Under the pieces are notes generated by a model. It was not told where the DNA came from and did no database searches. It saw only the letters and a list, made by a program, of their open reading frames with translations. The position numbers and the translations under genes are program-made. A stretch of DNA of 32,000 bases. Source: Geobacter metallireducens GS-15. GTDB lineage: Bacteria > Desulfobacterota > Desulfuromonadia > Geobacterales > Geobacteraceae. Shown in pieces: positions 1 through 9,473 of the stretch (its first letter is position 1; each line of letters begins with the position of its first letter). The stretch covers positions 3,720,001-3,752,000 of the forward strand of contig NC_007517.1 in the NCBI RefSeq assembly GCF_000012925.1. The letters are read 5' to 3'.

Positions 1-298
1 TTGTCGCCAACGCCGGTGAAGACCACGGCATTCACCTCGCGATCGACGGAGGCGCGACGGAAGGCAAGGATGGTGGCCTTGACCATCTCGGTCGTGTAGG
101 AGTTGTACTGCCTGGGGTTGTTGAAGATGATCCAGGCGTTGTAGAGCCCTTCCGCCACCGACCCGTCACGGCGCCTGGCCGGCCGTTTCTCGTACCGGAC
201 CATGCCGTTGCAGAGGCTCTCCACCTCACAGTCGATCAGGTTGTGGTCGACCAGATATTCCGGAAAGGTCTCGGCGATCATCACATTTGTCCTAGCCA
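1..298 (-). CDS. Crotonase-superfamily enzyme, N-terminal part (gene runs off the window); 6-oxocyclohex-1-ene-1-carbonyl-CoA hydrolase (Oah/BamA)-like
   Basis: Own minus-strand translation from ATG at 298 is open to position 1: MARTNVMIAETFPEYLVDHNLIDCEVESLCNGMVRYEKRPARRRDGSVAEGLYNAWIIFNNPRQYNSYTTEMVKATILAFRRASVDREVNAVVFTGVGDK. GGAG lies about 8 nt upstream. The NNPxxYNSYT...VVFTGxGD stretch resembles the start of the crotonase fold in ring-hydrolysing Oah/BamA enzymes. Absent from the ORF track because it has no stop in the window. Confidence 0.6.
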
Positions 299-360
299 TT
301 CTCTTTCTCCGCTCTTAAGGCTATCTGCCTGATGTCACGATACATTCCTGTTGTTACCCT

Positions 361-1503
361 TTACGGGAACAACAGGGCCCTCCCCGTCACCATGCGGGTT
401 ATCTGATTGGTGCCGGTGTAGATCTGGGTCAGCTTGGCGTCCCGCATCATCCGCTCCACGCCGTTTTCCTTCATGTAGCCGGAGCCGCCGAGCACCTGCA
501 CGGCATCGGTGGTCACCCGCATGGCAGTGTCGCTCGCCATAGTCTTGGCCATGCTGCCGTAGAGCACCGCCTTCTTATCCCCATCATCGAGCAGTTCCGC
601 CGCCTTCCGGGTCAACAGCCGCGAGGCTTCCACGGCCGTCGCCATGTCGGCGACCATGAACTGAACCGGCGCGAGGTGGGCGATGGGCTTGCCGAACTGC
701 ACCCGGTCCTGGGTGTGTCTGACGGCTATGTCCAGCGCACCCTGGGCGATGCCGACGGCCTGGGCCGCGCAGAAGACTCGGTTGGTGGAGAGGGTCTGCA
801 TGAGGTTGGCAAAGCCGGTCCCTTCAGCGCCGATGATGTTTTCCGCCGGGACCTCCATGTTCTCGAAAAAGAGCTCGGAGTTGATGGAGCCGCGCATCCC
901 CATCTTCGATTCGTTGCGGCCGTAGACGAGTCCCGGGGTCCCCTTCTCCACGACAAAGGCGCTGATACCCTTGGACCCCTTCTCCGGATCGGTGTAGGCA
1001 TACACGACGATGACGTCAGCCACCGAGCCGTTGGTGATGAAGCACTTCTGGCCGTTGATGACATACTTGTCGCCTTGGCGCACCGCCCGGGTTTTCATGG
1101 CAAGGAGGTCGGAACCGGCGGCCGGCTCGGTGGCGGCCAGGGCCGTCAGCAGAGTGGATTCACCCGCAAACCGGCGCAGGTAGCGCTCCTTCAGCTCCGG
1201 ACTCCCCCCGTGGATGATCGGCAGCATGCCATCGGTCTGGGCGATGAGGAGGAGAGCGGTGGAGGCGCAGACGCGGCCCAGCTCCTCGAGAATCAGGGCC
1301 AGGGTCAGGACCCCCATCTCCGTGCCCCCGTATGCAGCGGGGAGGAGCGGGTTGAGGAGACCCAGCTTGGCAAAGAGGTCACGGGCGTACTCCGGAAAGA
1401 GCGATTTCTCGTCGAGTTCCAGCGCCCGGGGCGCGATCTCGCGGGTCGCCACGTCGCGCACCATGTCCAGCGTCAGTTTCTGTTCTTCGGTAAGATGTTT
1501 CAT
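361..1503 (-). CDS. FAD acyl-CoA dehydrogenase, non-canonical base arrangement (cyclohex-1-ene-1-carboxyl-CoA dehydrogenase-like)
   Basis: 380-aa ORF with full-length ACAD architecture (TEPAAGSD, QKCFITNG, GGSGYM). AAGGAG lies 8 nt upstream of the ATG. The usual catalytic Glu of the C-terminal YEGT motif is Thr (QIYTGTNQI), and residue 91 is Asp (IAQTD91G). Confidence 0.9.
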   Translation of the reverse strand: MKHLTEEQKLTLDMVRDVATREIAPRALELDEKSLFPEYARDLFAKLGLLNPLLPAAYGGTEMGVLTLALILEELGRVCASTALLLIAQTDGMLPIIHGGSPELKERYLRRFAGESTLLTALAATEPAAGSDLLAMKTRAVRQGDKYVINGQKCFITNGSVADVIVVYAYTDPEKGSKGISAFVVEKGTPGLVYGRNESKMGMRGSINSELFFENMEVPAENIIGAEGTGFANLMQTLSTNRVFCAAQAVGIAQGALDIAVRHTQDRVQFGKPIAHLAPVQFMVADMATAVEASRLLTRKAAELLDDGDKKAVLYGSMAKTMASDTAMRVTTDAVQVLGGSGYMKENGVERMMRDAKLTQIYTGTNQITRMVTGRALLFP

Positions 1504-1549
1504 GGGGATATCTCCTTTTATCAGTGCGAAAATTCACGCTTTCCGGGAT

Positions 1550-2692
1550 TCAAGCGGCCTCTTTCAGGATCTCCCGGGCGATGACCAGCCGCTGGATCTG
1601 GTTGGCCCCCTCGAATATCTGGGTCAGCTTGGCGTCCCGGAACATCCGCTCCACCGGGTAGTCCTGCATGTAACCATAGCCGCCGAAGACCTGGATGGCG
1701 TCGGTGGTGATCTGCATGGCGGCGTCGGAGGCGAAGAGCTTCCCCATGGAGGCGAGCTTGGTGTTGCGCTTGCCCTGGTCGTAGAGGGCCGCGGCCCGGT
1801 AGATGAGGCCGCGCGCCGCTTCTATCTTGGTGGCGCTGTCGGCGATGATCTGCTGGATCATCTGGTGCTCGCAGAGCGGTTGCCCGAAGGTCTTCCGCTC
1901 CCGGGAATGCTTCAGCATCTGATCGAAGGCCCCTTCGGCAATGCCGAGGGCCTGGGCGCCGATGGCGGGGCGGGACATGTCGAAGTCCTTCATGGCGAGG
2001 AGGAACCCCTTGTTCTCTTCGCCGAGAAGGTTACCGGCCGGAACCCGCACTTCGTCGAGATACATCTCGGAGGTCTTGGACCCGCGCTGGCCCAGCTTCT
2101 TCTCGATCTTCCCCACCTTGAGCCCCGGCGCATCGCCATCCACCAGGAAAAAGCTGAGGCCGTTACGCCCGTTCTCGGAGGTGCGCGCCAGGACGGTGTA
2201 GTAGGATGCCACCGGTCCGTTGGTGGAGAAGCATTTGGTGCCGGAGATGACGTACTCGTTGCCATCCCTGACCGCCGTGGTGCGGATAGAGCCGACATCG
2301 GACCCGGCACCCGGCTCGGAGACCAGATAGGCGGCCAACTCCCGCCTTTCCACAATCCGGGGGAGCACCCGCTCCAGGAGTTCCCGGCTGCCGCCGTGCA
2401 GCAGCGGAAAACTGCCCACAGCCTGGATGATCAGCATCAAGGATGATGAGGCGCAGTGGCGCGCGATCTCTTCCACTGCCGTACAGAGCAGCGTCCCCTG
2501 GCTCTGTTCCGCGCCGCCGAACTCCGGCGGGAACACCAGGGTCATGAGCCCCAGATCCCACAGCAGCGACAACACCTCGCCGTCGAGCTCACCGGTCGCG
2601 TCGACGGATGCAGCCGCCGGTGCAATCCGTTCCCGTGCCGCCTGGCGTATGGTTTCAGTCACAATGCGTACTTCTTCGCTGGTATTAAACAT
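1550..2692 (-). CDS. FAD acyl-CoA dehydrogenase, canonical (possible cyclohexanecarboxyl-CoA dehydrogenase)
   Basis: 380-aa ORF with ACAD architecture ([22 protein letters not shown]). It retains the catalytic Glu ([11 protein letters not shown]). GAGGAGG lies 5 nt upstream of the ATG. First gene of the minus-strand operon. Confidence 0.9.
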   Translation of the reverse strand: MFNTSEEVRIVTETIRQAARERIAPAAASVDATGELDGEVLSLLWDLGLMTLVFPPEFGGAEQSQGTLLCTAVEEIARHCASSSLMLIIQAVGSFPLLHGGSRELLERVLPRIVERRELAAYLVSEPGAGSDVGSIRTTAVRDGNEYVISGTKCFSTNGPVASYYTVLARTSENGRNGLSFFLVDGDAPGLKVGKIEKKLGQRGSKTSEMYLDEVRVPAGNLLGEENKGFLLAMKDFDMSRPAIGAQALGIAEGAFDQMLKHSRERKTFGQPLCEHQMIQQIIADSATKIEAARGLIYRAAALYDQGKRNTKLASMGKLFASDAAMQITTDAIQVFGGYGYMQDYPVERMFRDAKLTQIFEGANQIQRLVIAREILKEAA

Positions 2693-2744
2693 TCGTCCCT
2701 CCTCATGCCGACACAGGCATATTTATTTTTTATAACGCCTTTAT

Positions 2745-2762
2745 ATCCAACACCCGTGCCAA
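2745..2762 (-). promoter_or_regulatory. Candidate sigma-54 (-24/-12) promoter for the acyl-CoA dehydrogenase operon
   Basis: The minus strand reads TTGGCACGGGTGTTGGAT. The -24 TGGCACG element is perfect and the -12 element is TTGG instead of TTGC, with correct spacing. It sits about 55-70 nt upstream of the ATG at 2692. A sigma-54 activator is encoded divergently. Confidence 0.35.
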
Positions 2763-2857
2763 CAAAGGCAACAACTGCAACAACATCGTAAAACACTAAT
2801 ATGTAATGATATTTTTAATGTATACATCTAGAAAACGATTTGTTATATTTTAACGCG

Positions 2858-2875
2858 TGTAGACATATGGATACA
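2858..2875. promoter_or_regulatory. Imperfect palindrome TGTAgaCATATGgaTACA (candidate activator/operator site)
   Basis: 14 of 18 positions are dyad-symmetric. It lies about 100 bp upstream of the candidate sigma-54 promoter, in the divergent intergenic region. A related 10-bp perfect palindrome ATGTATACAT is at 2818-2827. Confidence 0.3.
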
Positions 2876-2945
2876 CACATCGCCCACCACCTCCGAAGAG
2901 ATGGCGGTTTTGCAGCTATGAACCCAAAAGGAGACATGTCGACTG

Positions 2946-4592
2946 ATGGATACACATACCCCCGCTTCGCTGTTCCTTAAAGCAGACTATTGCAGATGCG
3001 GTATTGTCCTCCTCGACGAATCAGGCCGCGTTACCGCCCTGAACCGGCAGTTTTTCGACACGACAGGCCTGGAGTTCAGAGAGGGTGATCTCCCTCCCGA
3101 CGAGTTGCGGGGGCTGAAGAAAGGAGAGTGGATTTTCTGGGGGAGGAAGTGGTTCGTGCAAGCGGAGGGGCGGCACGGGGTGGAGCTGCTGGCAATCCGG
3201 CGCGTTCGGGCTGCGGACCATATACTGGGGCCGTACGGAGAGAACTGCCTGAATGAAGAGATGGTGAAAATGGTCCTCGACAACCCCTACGAGGGACTGA
3301 CGGTCGTCGACGCTACGGGGAAGGTCACCCTGCTCAGCCCGTCCAACGAGCAGTGGCTGGGGCTGGAAGTCGGAGGGGGACGGGGCCTCGACCTGTCGGC
3401 CATTGCGCCGGCCAGCCATTTGTCGGAGGTGGCCCGCACCGGCGTGGCCGAACACGCCCAGGTTGTCGACCTGCACGGCAAGACCAAGGTCACGGTGAAC
3501 CTTCCCATCCGGCGGGACAACAAGGTGATGGGCGCTTTCGGGAGAATCCTCTTCAAGAGCACGGAACAAGTGGAGAAGCTGGTGACCAAGGTGCGGACCA
3601 TGGAACTCCAGGTGGAGCGTTTCGAGACCCTGCTGGATGAAATGCGGGGGAAACGCTACTCCTTCCGTAACATCCTCACCAAAAACAAAGAAATGCTGAT
3701 GCTCATCGAACAGGCACGACGCGTGGCCGACTCCGGCGCGACCGTGCTCATCCTGGGAGAAAGCGGGACTGGCAAGGAGTTGTTCGCCCAGGCGCTCCAC
3801 GAAGCTTCGAGGAGGAACAAGGGGCCTTTCATTGCAGTAAACTGCGGCGCAATCCCCCGCGACCTGATCGAATCGGAACTGTTCGGCTACGAAGAAGGGG
3901 CCTTCAGCGGCGCCAGGAAAAAGGGGAAGCCCGGCAAGTTCGAACTGGCGTGCGGCGGAACGCTCTTTCTGGATGAGATCGGTGAACTCCCCCTCGAAAG
4001 TCAGGCAAAGCTGCTGCGGGTGCTTGAGGAGCGTAAGATAGACCGCCTGGGAGGCACGGCGCCGCTCCCCGTCGATTTTCGCCTGGTGGCCGCCACGAAC
4101 CGCGATCTCATGACGAACGTCAACAAAGGGAGATTCCGCGCCGATCTCTATTACCGCATCAACGAGTTCCCCCTCGAGATTCCCCCCCTCAGGTCCAGAC
4201 CGGAAGACATCCCCCTGCTGGCGAAGCATTTTCTGACGGAAGTGTCACGCCGGGAAGAACTGCCGATGCTCAAGATTTCCGCAGGAGCCACGGAGGCGTT
4301 GATATCGCACGACTGGCCCGGCAATGTACGGGAACTGCGCGGGGTCATGCGTCAGATGGCCTGGAAATCCCAGGGATTAACCATAGAGCCCCACCACCTG
4401 CCGCCGGCGCTCAACAAGGGACAGACCGTCGGGGTCTCCGGTACGCTGGAGGAACAGACAGCCAGGACGGAGCGGGCCGCCATCGAATCGGCCCTGCAGG
4501 CTGCGGGTGGGAACCGGGCGCTGACCGCACGCATGCTTGGAATCCATCGCACCGCCTTATACAAAAAGATGCACCGACTGGGGATGGAATAG
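2946..4592 (+). CDS. Sigma-54-dependent transcriptional activator (PAS-like sensor, AAA+ domain, Fis-type HTH)
   Basis: 548 aa. Walker [22 protein letters not shown] loop (GAFTGA type). Arg-finger region RADLYYRI. C-terminal [24 protein letters not shown]-terminal PAS-like segments. Confidence 0.92.
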   Translation: MDTHTPASLFLKADYCRCGIVLLDESGRVTALNRQFFDTTGLEFREGDLPPDELRGLKKGEWIFWGRKWFVQAEGRHGVELLAIRRVRAADHILGPYGENCLNEEMVKMVLDNPYEGLTVVDATGKVTLLSPSNEQWLGLEVGGGRGLDLSAIAPASHLSEVARTGVAEHAQVVDLHGKTKVTVNLPIRRDNKVMGAFGRILFKSTEQVEKLVTKVRTMELQVERFETLLDEMRGKRYSFRNILTKNKEMLMLIEQARRVADSGATVLILGESGTGKELFAQALHEASRRNKGPFIAVNCGAIPRDLIESELFGYEEGAFSGARKKGKPGKFELACGGTLFLDEIGELPLESQAKLLRVLEERKIDRLGGTAPLPVDFRLVAATNRDLMTNVNKGRFRADLYYRINEFPLEIPPLRSRPEDIPLLAKHFLTEVSRREELPMLKISAGATEALISHDWPGNVRELRGVMRQMAWKSQGLTIEPHHLPPALNKGQTVGVSGTLEEQTARTERAAIESALQAAGGNRALTARMLGIHRTALYKKMHRLGME

Positions 4593-4595
4593 CGA

Positions 4596-5057
4596 CTATG
4601 GCTCCCCCAAACTTCCCAAAAGCTTGTATGGATTGGTTGCGTACGAGAAACAGGCAACGGTTCCCGAATAGTCAAGAAGCGCCCTGAGCCGGTCCCGGGT
4701 CACGGGATGAGCAACCAGCTCCACCCCTTCGCGCTCGCTAAACCACCCCAGCTCCGGCGTTTCATCGCTGGGAGCCAGTTCACCCTCCGCATAGTCCGCC
4801 AGAAACGTGAGGATTAGCGACGCAGGGGGTGAAACCTTGGACCAGACGGCAGTAAGGGGTCCCGGTTTGATCTCGACCCCCGTCTCCTCTCTCACCTCCC
4901 GGCGAAGCGCGTCGACAATCCCCTCCCCTGCCTCGACACGCCCCTGCGGGATTTCCCAGCCACGTTTATGGTGCCGGATCAACAGGATCTCGCCGAGCCC
5001 GTTTCGAATCAAACACCCTACGACAACGATGTGAACAGGGGAATCATGGGTACTCAT
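4596..5057 (-). CDS. Nudix hydrolase
   Basis: Nudix box GRVEAGEGIVDALRREVREETGV. I prefer ATG at 5057 (GGAGAG 6 nt upstream) over the GTG at 5063 used by the ORF track. Confidence 0.85.
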   Translation of the reverse strand: MSTHDSPVHIVVVGCLIRNGLGEILLIRHHKRGWEIPQGRVEAGEGIVDALRREVREETGVEIKPGPLTAVWSKVSPPASLILTFLADYAEGELAPSDETPELGWFSEREGVELVAHPVTRDRLRALLDYSGTVACFSYATNPYKLLGSLGEP

Positions 5058-5230
5058 GGCCACCTCTCCGGCATCAAATAGATACGCCTGTCAACTTTAG
5101 CAAAGTCTCTACTTCTTTTCTCGCCGTCAGATCACAATTCTGCCCCTTGGCCTTCGCTGCGCCGTCAGCAATGACACAGCAGTGCTCCGTACCTTCTCTC
5201 AGTGCCTTGCCACACCTCGACGCAAGCTGA

Positions 5231-5258
5231 TTGACATACATACATGAAAAATGATAAT
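5231..5258 (+). promoter_or_regulatory. Candidate sigma-70 promoter upstream of tssJ
   Basis: TTGACA (5231-5236), a 16-nt spacer, then GATAAT (5253-5258), inside an AT-rich island about 100 nt upstream of the tssJ ATG. Confidence 0.3.
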
Positions 5259-5356
5259 AAGAATTTTTTTATTTTTGGCAAACTTAGGAATATTTCATTT
5301 CCCCCCACCCGTCTGTCCTATCTCTTGCCGACGACACCATCCATAGGGAGAAGCCC

Positions 5357-5911
5357 ATGAAGCGTCGAGCCGCTTTGCTGCTCTATGTATCCGCCATAGC
5401 ATCGCTTTGTTCCTGCACCTCCACTCCGAAGGCAACGCCTCCGCTGGATTGGGGCTACGAAAAGGAGGCGATCTCCGTCACCCTGAAGGGGGACCCGCAG
5501 CTGAATCTCTTCCAGAAGAGTCCCCACGCTCTCGTGGCCTGCCTCTACCAGCTCCGGGACCCCAATGCCTTCAACCAGTTCCGCACCGAGCCCGACGGCC
5601 TGACCAAGCTTCTGGAGTGCGGCCGCTTCGATCCGGGAGTGGCGACCGCCAAGCGGATGGTGATCCAGCCGGGACAAGAGGTGAACGAGTCCCTGGACCG
5701 AGCCGAAGGGGCCCGCTACGTGGGGTTCGTTGCCGGCTACTACCGCCTTGACAAGGATCGCTCGGCACGGCTCTACACCATCCCCTCAGTGGAAGAGACC
5801 AAGGGTTTCCTCAGCCGGACCAAACTCGTGAAACCGGGACGGCTTGACATGAAACTCCTCCTAGGTCCCCAGGAGATCCAGGACGTGACTGAGGAGACCG
5901 AAAAACCATGA
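5357..5911 (+). CDS. tssJ: Type VI secretion lipoprotein TssJ (VasD/SciN family)
   Basis: 184 aa. Signal peptide with lipobox-like SLCSC. TssJ-like pattern LYQLRDPNAFN...VIQPGQ...ARYVGFVAGYYR. ATGA overlap with tssK. Confidence 0.78.
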   Translation: MKRRAALLLYVSAIASLCSCTSTPKATPPLDWGYEKEAISVTLKGDPQLNLFQKSPHALVACLYQLRDPNAFNQFRTEPDGLTKLLECGRFDPGVATAKRMVIQPGQEVNESLDRAEGARYVGFVAGYYRLDKDRSARLYTIPSVEETKGFLSRTKLVKPGRLDMKLLLGPQEIQDVTEETEKP

Positions 5912-7299
5912 CCGCCCACCCCCCAGTCCACTGGCACCAGGGGCTCTTTCTCCAGCCCCAGCATTTCCAGCTTCTTGACCTGTCAATCCAGGGGCGCCTC
6001 GCCCCCCTCTTCAGCTATCTCCACCCCCATTTCTGGGGGGCCGGGGAGTTGGAGATCGAGGAGAGCGCCCTCGGCACCGGGATCTTCAGCATCCTCTCGG
6101 GAGAATTTCTCTTCCCCGACGGCACCTGGGCGGTCCTGGGCGAAAACGCCCTATGCGAGCCCCGCTCCTTCGACAGTGCCTGGCTTGAGGGGGATAAACC
6201 CCTCATGGTCTCCGTCGGTATCCGCAAATGGCAGGAAGCGGGGGAAAACGTGACGACGGTGGAGCGTCTGGAGGGGCTTTCGGCCGTCTCCACCCGTTTT
6301 GCGGCCCCCATGGACCCGGAGGAGGCACGGGATCTCCACGCCGGTGGTCCCCCGGGGCAGGTAAAGCGGCTGCGGCATATGATCAAGATCTTCTGGGACA
6401 GCGAGCGAGAGCAGCTGGGGGACTGGCACCTAATTCCCGTGGCCCGGCTGGAGCGCTTCGGGGCCGAGGTGCGCCTCTCCCGGCGATTCATCCCCCCTTC
6501 CCTGGCCCTGGAAGCCAGCGAACCACTCTTCCGCATCATCCGGGAAATCCGGGACCAGGTGGCGGCCCGGGGGCGGCAGCTGGAGGAGCACAAGAAGCAG
6601 CGGGGGATCCAGAACGCCGAGTTCGGCTCCCGGGACCTGGTCTACCTCCTGGCGCTCCGCTCCCTGAACCGCCATGTACCGTACCTCTTCCACCTGACCG
6701 AGGCCAGGCGGGTCCACCCCTGGGACGCCTACGGTGCCCTGCGTCAGCTCATCGGCGAGCTGGCCTCCTTCTCGGAGCGGGTTTCGGCCCTGGGAGAGCT
6801 GGACGACGGGGTCCGCCTCCTTCCCCCCTACGACCACCGGGCCCTGGGAGAGTGCTTCGCCGGGGCCCGGGACCTGATCGCCCAGCTCCTGGACGAGATC
6901 ACCGCCGGTCCCAACTACGTGATCCGCCTCCTCCACGACGGCACTTTCTTCAGCGCCGAGCTGAAACCTGCGGTATTCGACGGCGGCAGCCGCTACTACC
7001 TGGCCCTGCGCACCAAGGAAGAGCCAACCACCTTCCTCCCCTCCCTGGAAACCTCCGCCAAGCTCAGCGCCCGGGAGCACCTGCCGGTCCTGGCGTCACG
7101 GGCACTCCCCGGCATCGAATTGGCCCACATGCCGGTTCCGCCCCAGGAGCTGCCGCGCCGTTCCGACACCCACTACTTCGCCGTGGACGCCGCCGGCGAC
7201 CAGTGGCCCCTGGTGGAGCGGGAGCACACACTGGCCCTCTACTGGACCAGCGCCCCCGCCGACCTGGAGGTGGAGCTGATGGTGGTGGCGCGAGACTAA
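5908..7299 (+). CDS. tssK: Type VI secretion baseplate protein TssK (ImpJ/VasE)
   Basis: 463 aa. Hallmark N-terminus VHWHQGLFLQPQHFQ. Confidence 0.9.
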   Translation: MTAHPPVHWHQGLFLQPQHFQLLDLSIQGRLAPLFSYLHPHFWGAGELEIEESALGTGIFSILSGEFLFPDGTWAVLGENALCEPRSFDSAWLEGDKPLMVSVGIRKWQEAGENVTTVERLEGLSAVSTRFAAPMDPEEARDLHAGGPPGQVKRLRHMIKIFWDSEREQLGDWHLIPVARLERFGAEVRLSRRFIPPSLALEASEPLFRIIREIRDQVAARGRQLEEHKKQRGIQNAEFGSRDLVYLLALRSLNRHVPYLFHLTEARRVHPWDAYGALRQLIGELASFSERVSALGELDDGVRLLPPYDHRALGECFAGARDLIAQLLDEITAGPNYVIRLLHDGTFFSAELKPAVFDGGSRYYLALRTKEEPTTFLPSLETSAKLSAREHLPVLASRALPGIELAHMPVPPQELPRRSDTHYFAVDAAGDQWPLVEREHTLALYWTSAPADLEVELMVVARD

Positions 7300-7302
7300 C
7301 CC

Positions 7303-7713
7303 ATGCGCGACGAACGTCTTCTGGAACGGATCCGCTCCTTCGAGCGGGACCCGGCCCGGCGCGGCCGCCCCGACCACGGGCGGCTGGTGGAGTCGGTCCT
7401 GGCTCACCTGCGCCAGATTCTCAACACTCGCCAGGGGAGCGCCCCCATTGCCCCCGACTACGGGGTCCCCGATTTTCTCGACTTCCTCCAGACCTACCCC
7501 GACTCGGTGCGGGAGATCGAGCGGAGCATCCGCGTCGCCATCCAGACCTACGAGCCCCGCCTCGACGGGGTGCGGGTCGCCTTCATCCCCCAGGAAGACG
7601 ACGTCCTGGCGCTCCGGTTCCAGATCACCGCCCGGATCACCGATGACGATGGGGGTACGGTCCGCTTCGAGACCGTGGTGGACACCGACGGCAAGATCGC
7701 AGTCAAACGCTGA
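7303..7713 (+). CDS. tssE: Type VI secretion baseplate protein TssE (gp25-like)
   Basis: 136 aa. Pattern LLERI...SVLAHLRQILNTRQGS...PDYGVPDF is typical of TssE/GPW-gp25. Starts 3 nt after the tssK stop. Confidence 0.85.
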   Translation: MRDERLLERIRSFERDPARRGRPDHGRLVESVLAHLRQILNTRQGSAPIAPDYGVPDFLDFLQTYPDSVREIERSIRVAIQTYEPRLDGVRVAFIPQEDDVLALRFQITARITDDDGGTVRFETVVDTDGKIAVKR

Positions 7714-7742
7714 CCGATTCCAGATAAGAGAGCACCCACGCA

Positions 7743-9473
7743 ATGATCACCCGCCACTATCAGGAAGAACTGGCCCGCCTCAAGGAGCTGGGGAGTGAGT
7801 TCGCCCAACGGCACCCGGCCCTGGCGCCGATGCTCGGGGGCACCTCGACCGACCCTGACGTGGAACGGCTTCTGGAGGGAGTAGCCTTCCAGACGGCGCT
7901 CCTGCGCCGGAAGCTGGATGACGATTTCCCCGAATTGGTCCACGACATGGTGCGGCTTGTGGCCCCCCACTACCTGCGACCCATCCCCGCCACCACCATC
8001 GTCGCCTTCGAACCGAAGCCCTCCCTGGTCCAGCCCCAGACGGTGCCGGCCGGGATGCAGCTCGCCTCGGTGCCGGTGGAGGGGACCCGCTGCCACTTCC
8101 GGACTACGAGCCCCGTGGAGGTGCACCCCCTCACCCTCCAAGACGCCTCCTTTGACCAGCCGGCCGGCCGCCCCCCGGCCGTGACCCTCCGACTGGCCCT
8201 CACGGGGCTCACCCTCGGCCAGTGGGCGCCCCAATCCCTGCGGCTCTTCCTGGCGGCCGGGGAGGCCGAGGCGGCGGAGCTCTACCTCCTCCTCGCCCGC
8301 TCCGTTTCCCGCATCGTCATCGCCCCAGCCGAGGGGGGAACGGGGACCGTCCTGCCGGCCAACTGCCTCAGACCCGCGGGGCTCAACGGAAATGAGCCCC
8401 TCATCCCCTACCCCCCCAACGCCTTCCCCGGCTACCGGCTCCTCCAGGAGTACCTGACGGCCCCCCGCCGCTTCTTCTTCCTGGAGCTGACCGGCTGGGA
8501 CCAGTGGCGGGGACGGGGCAACGGCACCCGGTTCAGCGTCACCTTCGAACTGCTAAACGCGCCGGCCCAAGCGCCCCGAGTCAGCCGGGAGAGCATCGCC
8601 CTCTTCGCCACCCCGGCCGTCAACCTCTTCTCCCACGATGCCGACCCGATCCCCCTGGACCACCGGAAGGAGCGCCACCTCCTGCGGCCAGCCGAACTGC
8701 CCCCCGGTCACGCCGAGGTCTTTTCCGTGGACCGGGTCACCGCCTTCGAGCGGGGCACTTCCCGGGAGTACCACCTAGACCCCTTCGAGGCATTCCGGAC
8801 CCCGGCCGACGGCCGCCCCAGCTACCACACGTCCATCGCGCAATCCCCCTTCAAGGACGGCTGCGACGTCCGCCTCGCCCTCGCCTATCCGCCGGGCACG
8901 GTACCCCCAGAGGGGACGACCCTGTCGGTGGGGCTCACCTGCACCAACGGGCGACTCCCCGAAAGCCTCCGGGTCGGCGACGTGGCGGAACCCACCCGGG
9001 ATGCGCCGACCTTTGCCTCGTTCCGGAACATCACCCCCGTCACCCCATCGTCCCCTCCCCCCCTGGGGCCGAACCTCCTCTGGCGGCTCCTCTCGGCCAT
9101 TCCCCTGAGCCGCCTCTCCGTGGCCCACGCCGACAACCTGCGGGAGTGCCTCGGCCTCTACCTCTTCCCCGGCTTCGACCGGACCCTCCTTGCGGCCAAC
9201 CGGCGCCGGATCGAGGGGATCGAACGGGTCGCGACCCGGCAGACGGACCGCATCGTGCGCGGCGCCCCCATGCGGGGGGTGGAGATCGCCATTGATATCC
9301 GGGGCGACCACTTCGCGGGACCGGGGGACCTCTTCCTCTTCGGGTCGGTCCTCGATGAATTCATGGCGGGGAGCGCCACCCTCAACACCTTCACGCGCTT
9401 GACCATCCGCGAAACCGTGCGGGGAGAGGAGTTCCAGTGGCCGCCGCGAGCCGGATACCAGCCGCTCCTCTAG
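7743..9473 (+). CDS. tssF: Type VI secretion baseplate protein TssF (ImpG/VasA)
   Basis: 576 aa. N-terminus YQEELARLKELGSEFAQRHPALAPML...DPDVERLLEGVAFQTALLRRKLDDDFPE...APHYLRPIP is the classic TssF signature. Confidence 0.92.
   Translation: MITRHYQEELARLKELGSEFAQRHPALAPMLGGTSTDPDVERLLEGVAFQTALLRRKLDDDFPELVHDMVRLVAPHYLRPIPATTIVAFEPKPSLVQPQTVPAGMQLASVPVEGTRCHFRTTSPVEVHPLTLQDASFDQPAGRPPAVTLRLALTGLTLGQWAPQSLRLFLAAGEAEAAELYLLLARSVSRIVIAPAEGGTGTVLPANCLRPAGLNGNEPLIPYPPNAFPGYRLLQEYLTAPRRFFFLELTGWDQWRGRGNGTRFSVTFELLNAPAQAPRVSRESIALFATPAVNLFSHDADPIPLDHRKERHLLRPAELPPGHAEVFSVDRVTAFERGTSREYHLDPFEAFRTPADGRPSYHTSIAQSPFKDGCDVRLALAYPPGTVPPEGTTLSVGLTCTNGRLPESLRVGDVAEPTRDAPTFASFRNITPVTPSSPPPLGPNLLWRLLSAIPLSRLSVAHADNLRECLGLYLFPGFDRTLLAANRRRIEGIERVATRQTDRIVRGAPMRGVEIAIDIRGDHFAGPGDLFLFGSVLDEFMAGSATLNTFTRLTIRETVRGEEFQWPPRAGYQPLL

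Noticed and set aside
2867-2980. Short ORF starting at the first ATGGATACACA copy ([37 protein letters not shown]).
   Set aside because: It has no Shine-Dalgarno sequence and overlaps the regulator start out of frame. It is more likely a duplicated DNA motif than a coding sequence.
4592-4596. Convergent regulator and Nudix genes whose stop codons are only 3 nt apart, with no terminator hairpin.
   Set aside because: This is real but common in compact genomes. There is no structure or motif to interpret.
5147-5163. Sigma-54-like element TGGCCTTCGCTGCGC upstream of tssJ, and TGGCAAACTTAGGAAT at 5276-5291. I considered these because T6SS loci are often RpoN/EBP-controlled and an EBP gene is nearby.
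   Set aside because: In the first, only the GG-N10-GC spacing fits, the TTGC element is missing, and it sits about 195 nt from the ATG. The second lacks GC at -12. The EBP is better explained as the regulator of the divergent ACAD operon.
6228-7646. 472-aa plus-strand alternate-frame ORF within tssK/tssE, plus similar Pro/Arg/Gly-rich ORFs across the T6SS, ACAD, cytochrome b and hya regions (for example 676-1584, 1214-2446, 8504-9295, 10865-11815, 12026-12943, 23657-24649, 24716-25807).
   Set aside because: These are out-of-frame or antisense readings of genes with strong family signatures. Their Pro/Arg/Gly-rich composition is characteristic of non-coding frames in GC-rich DNA.
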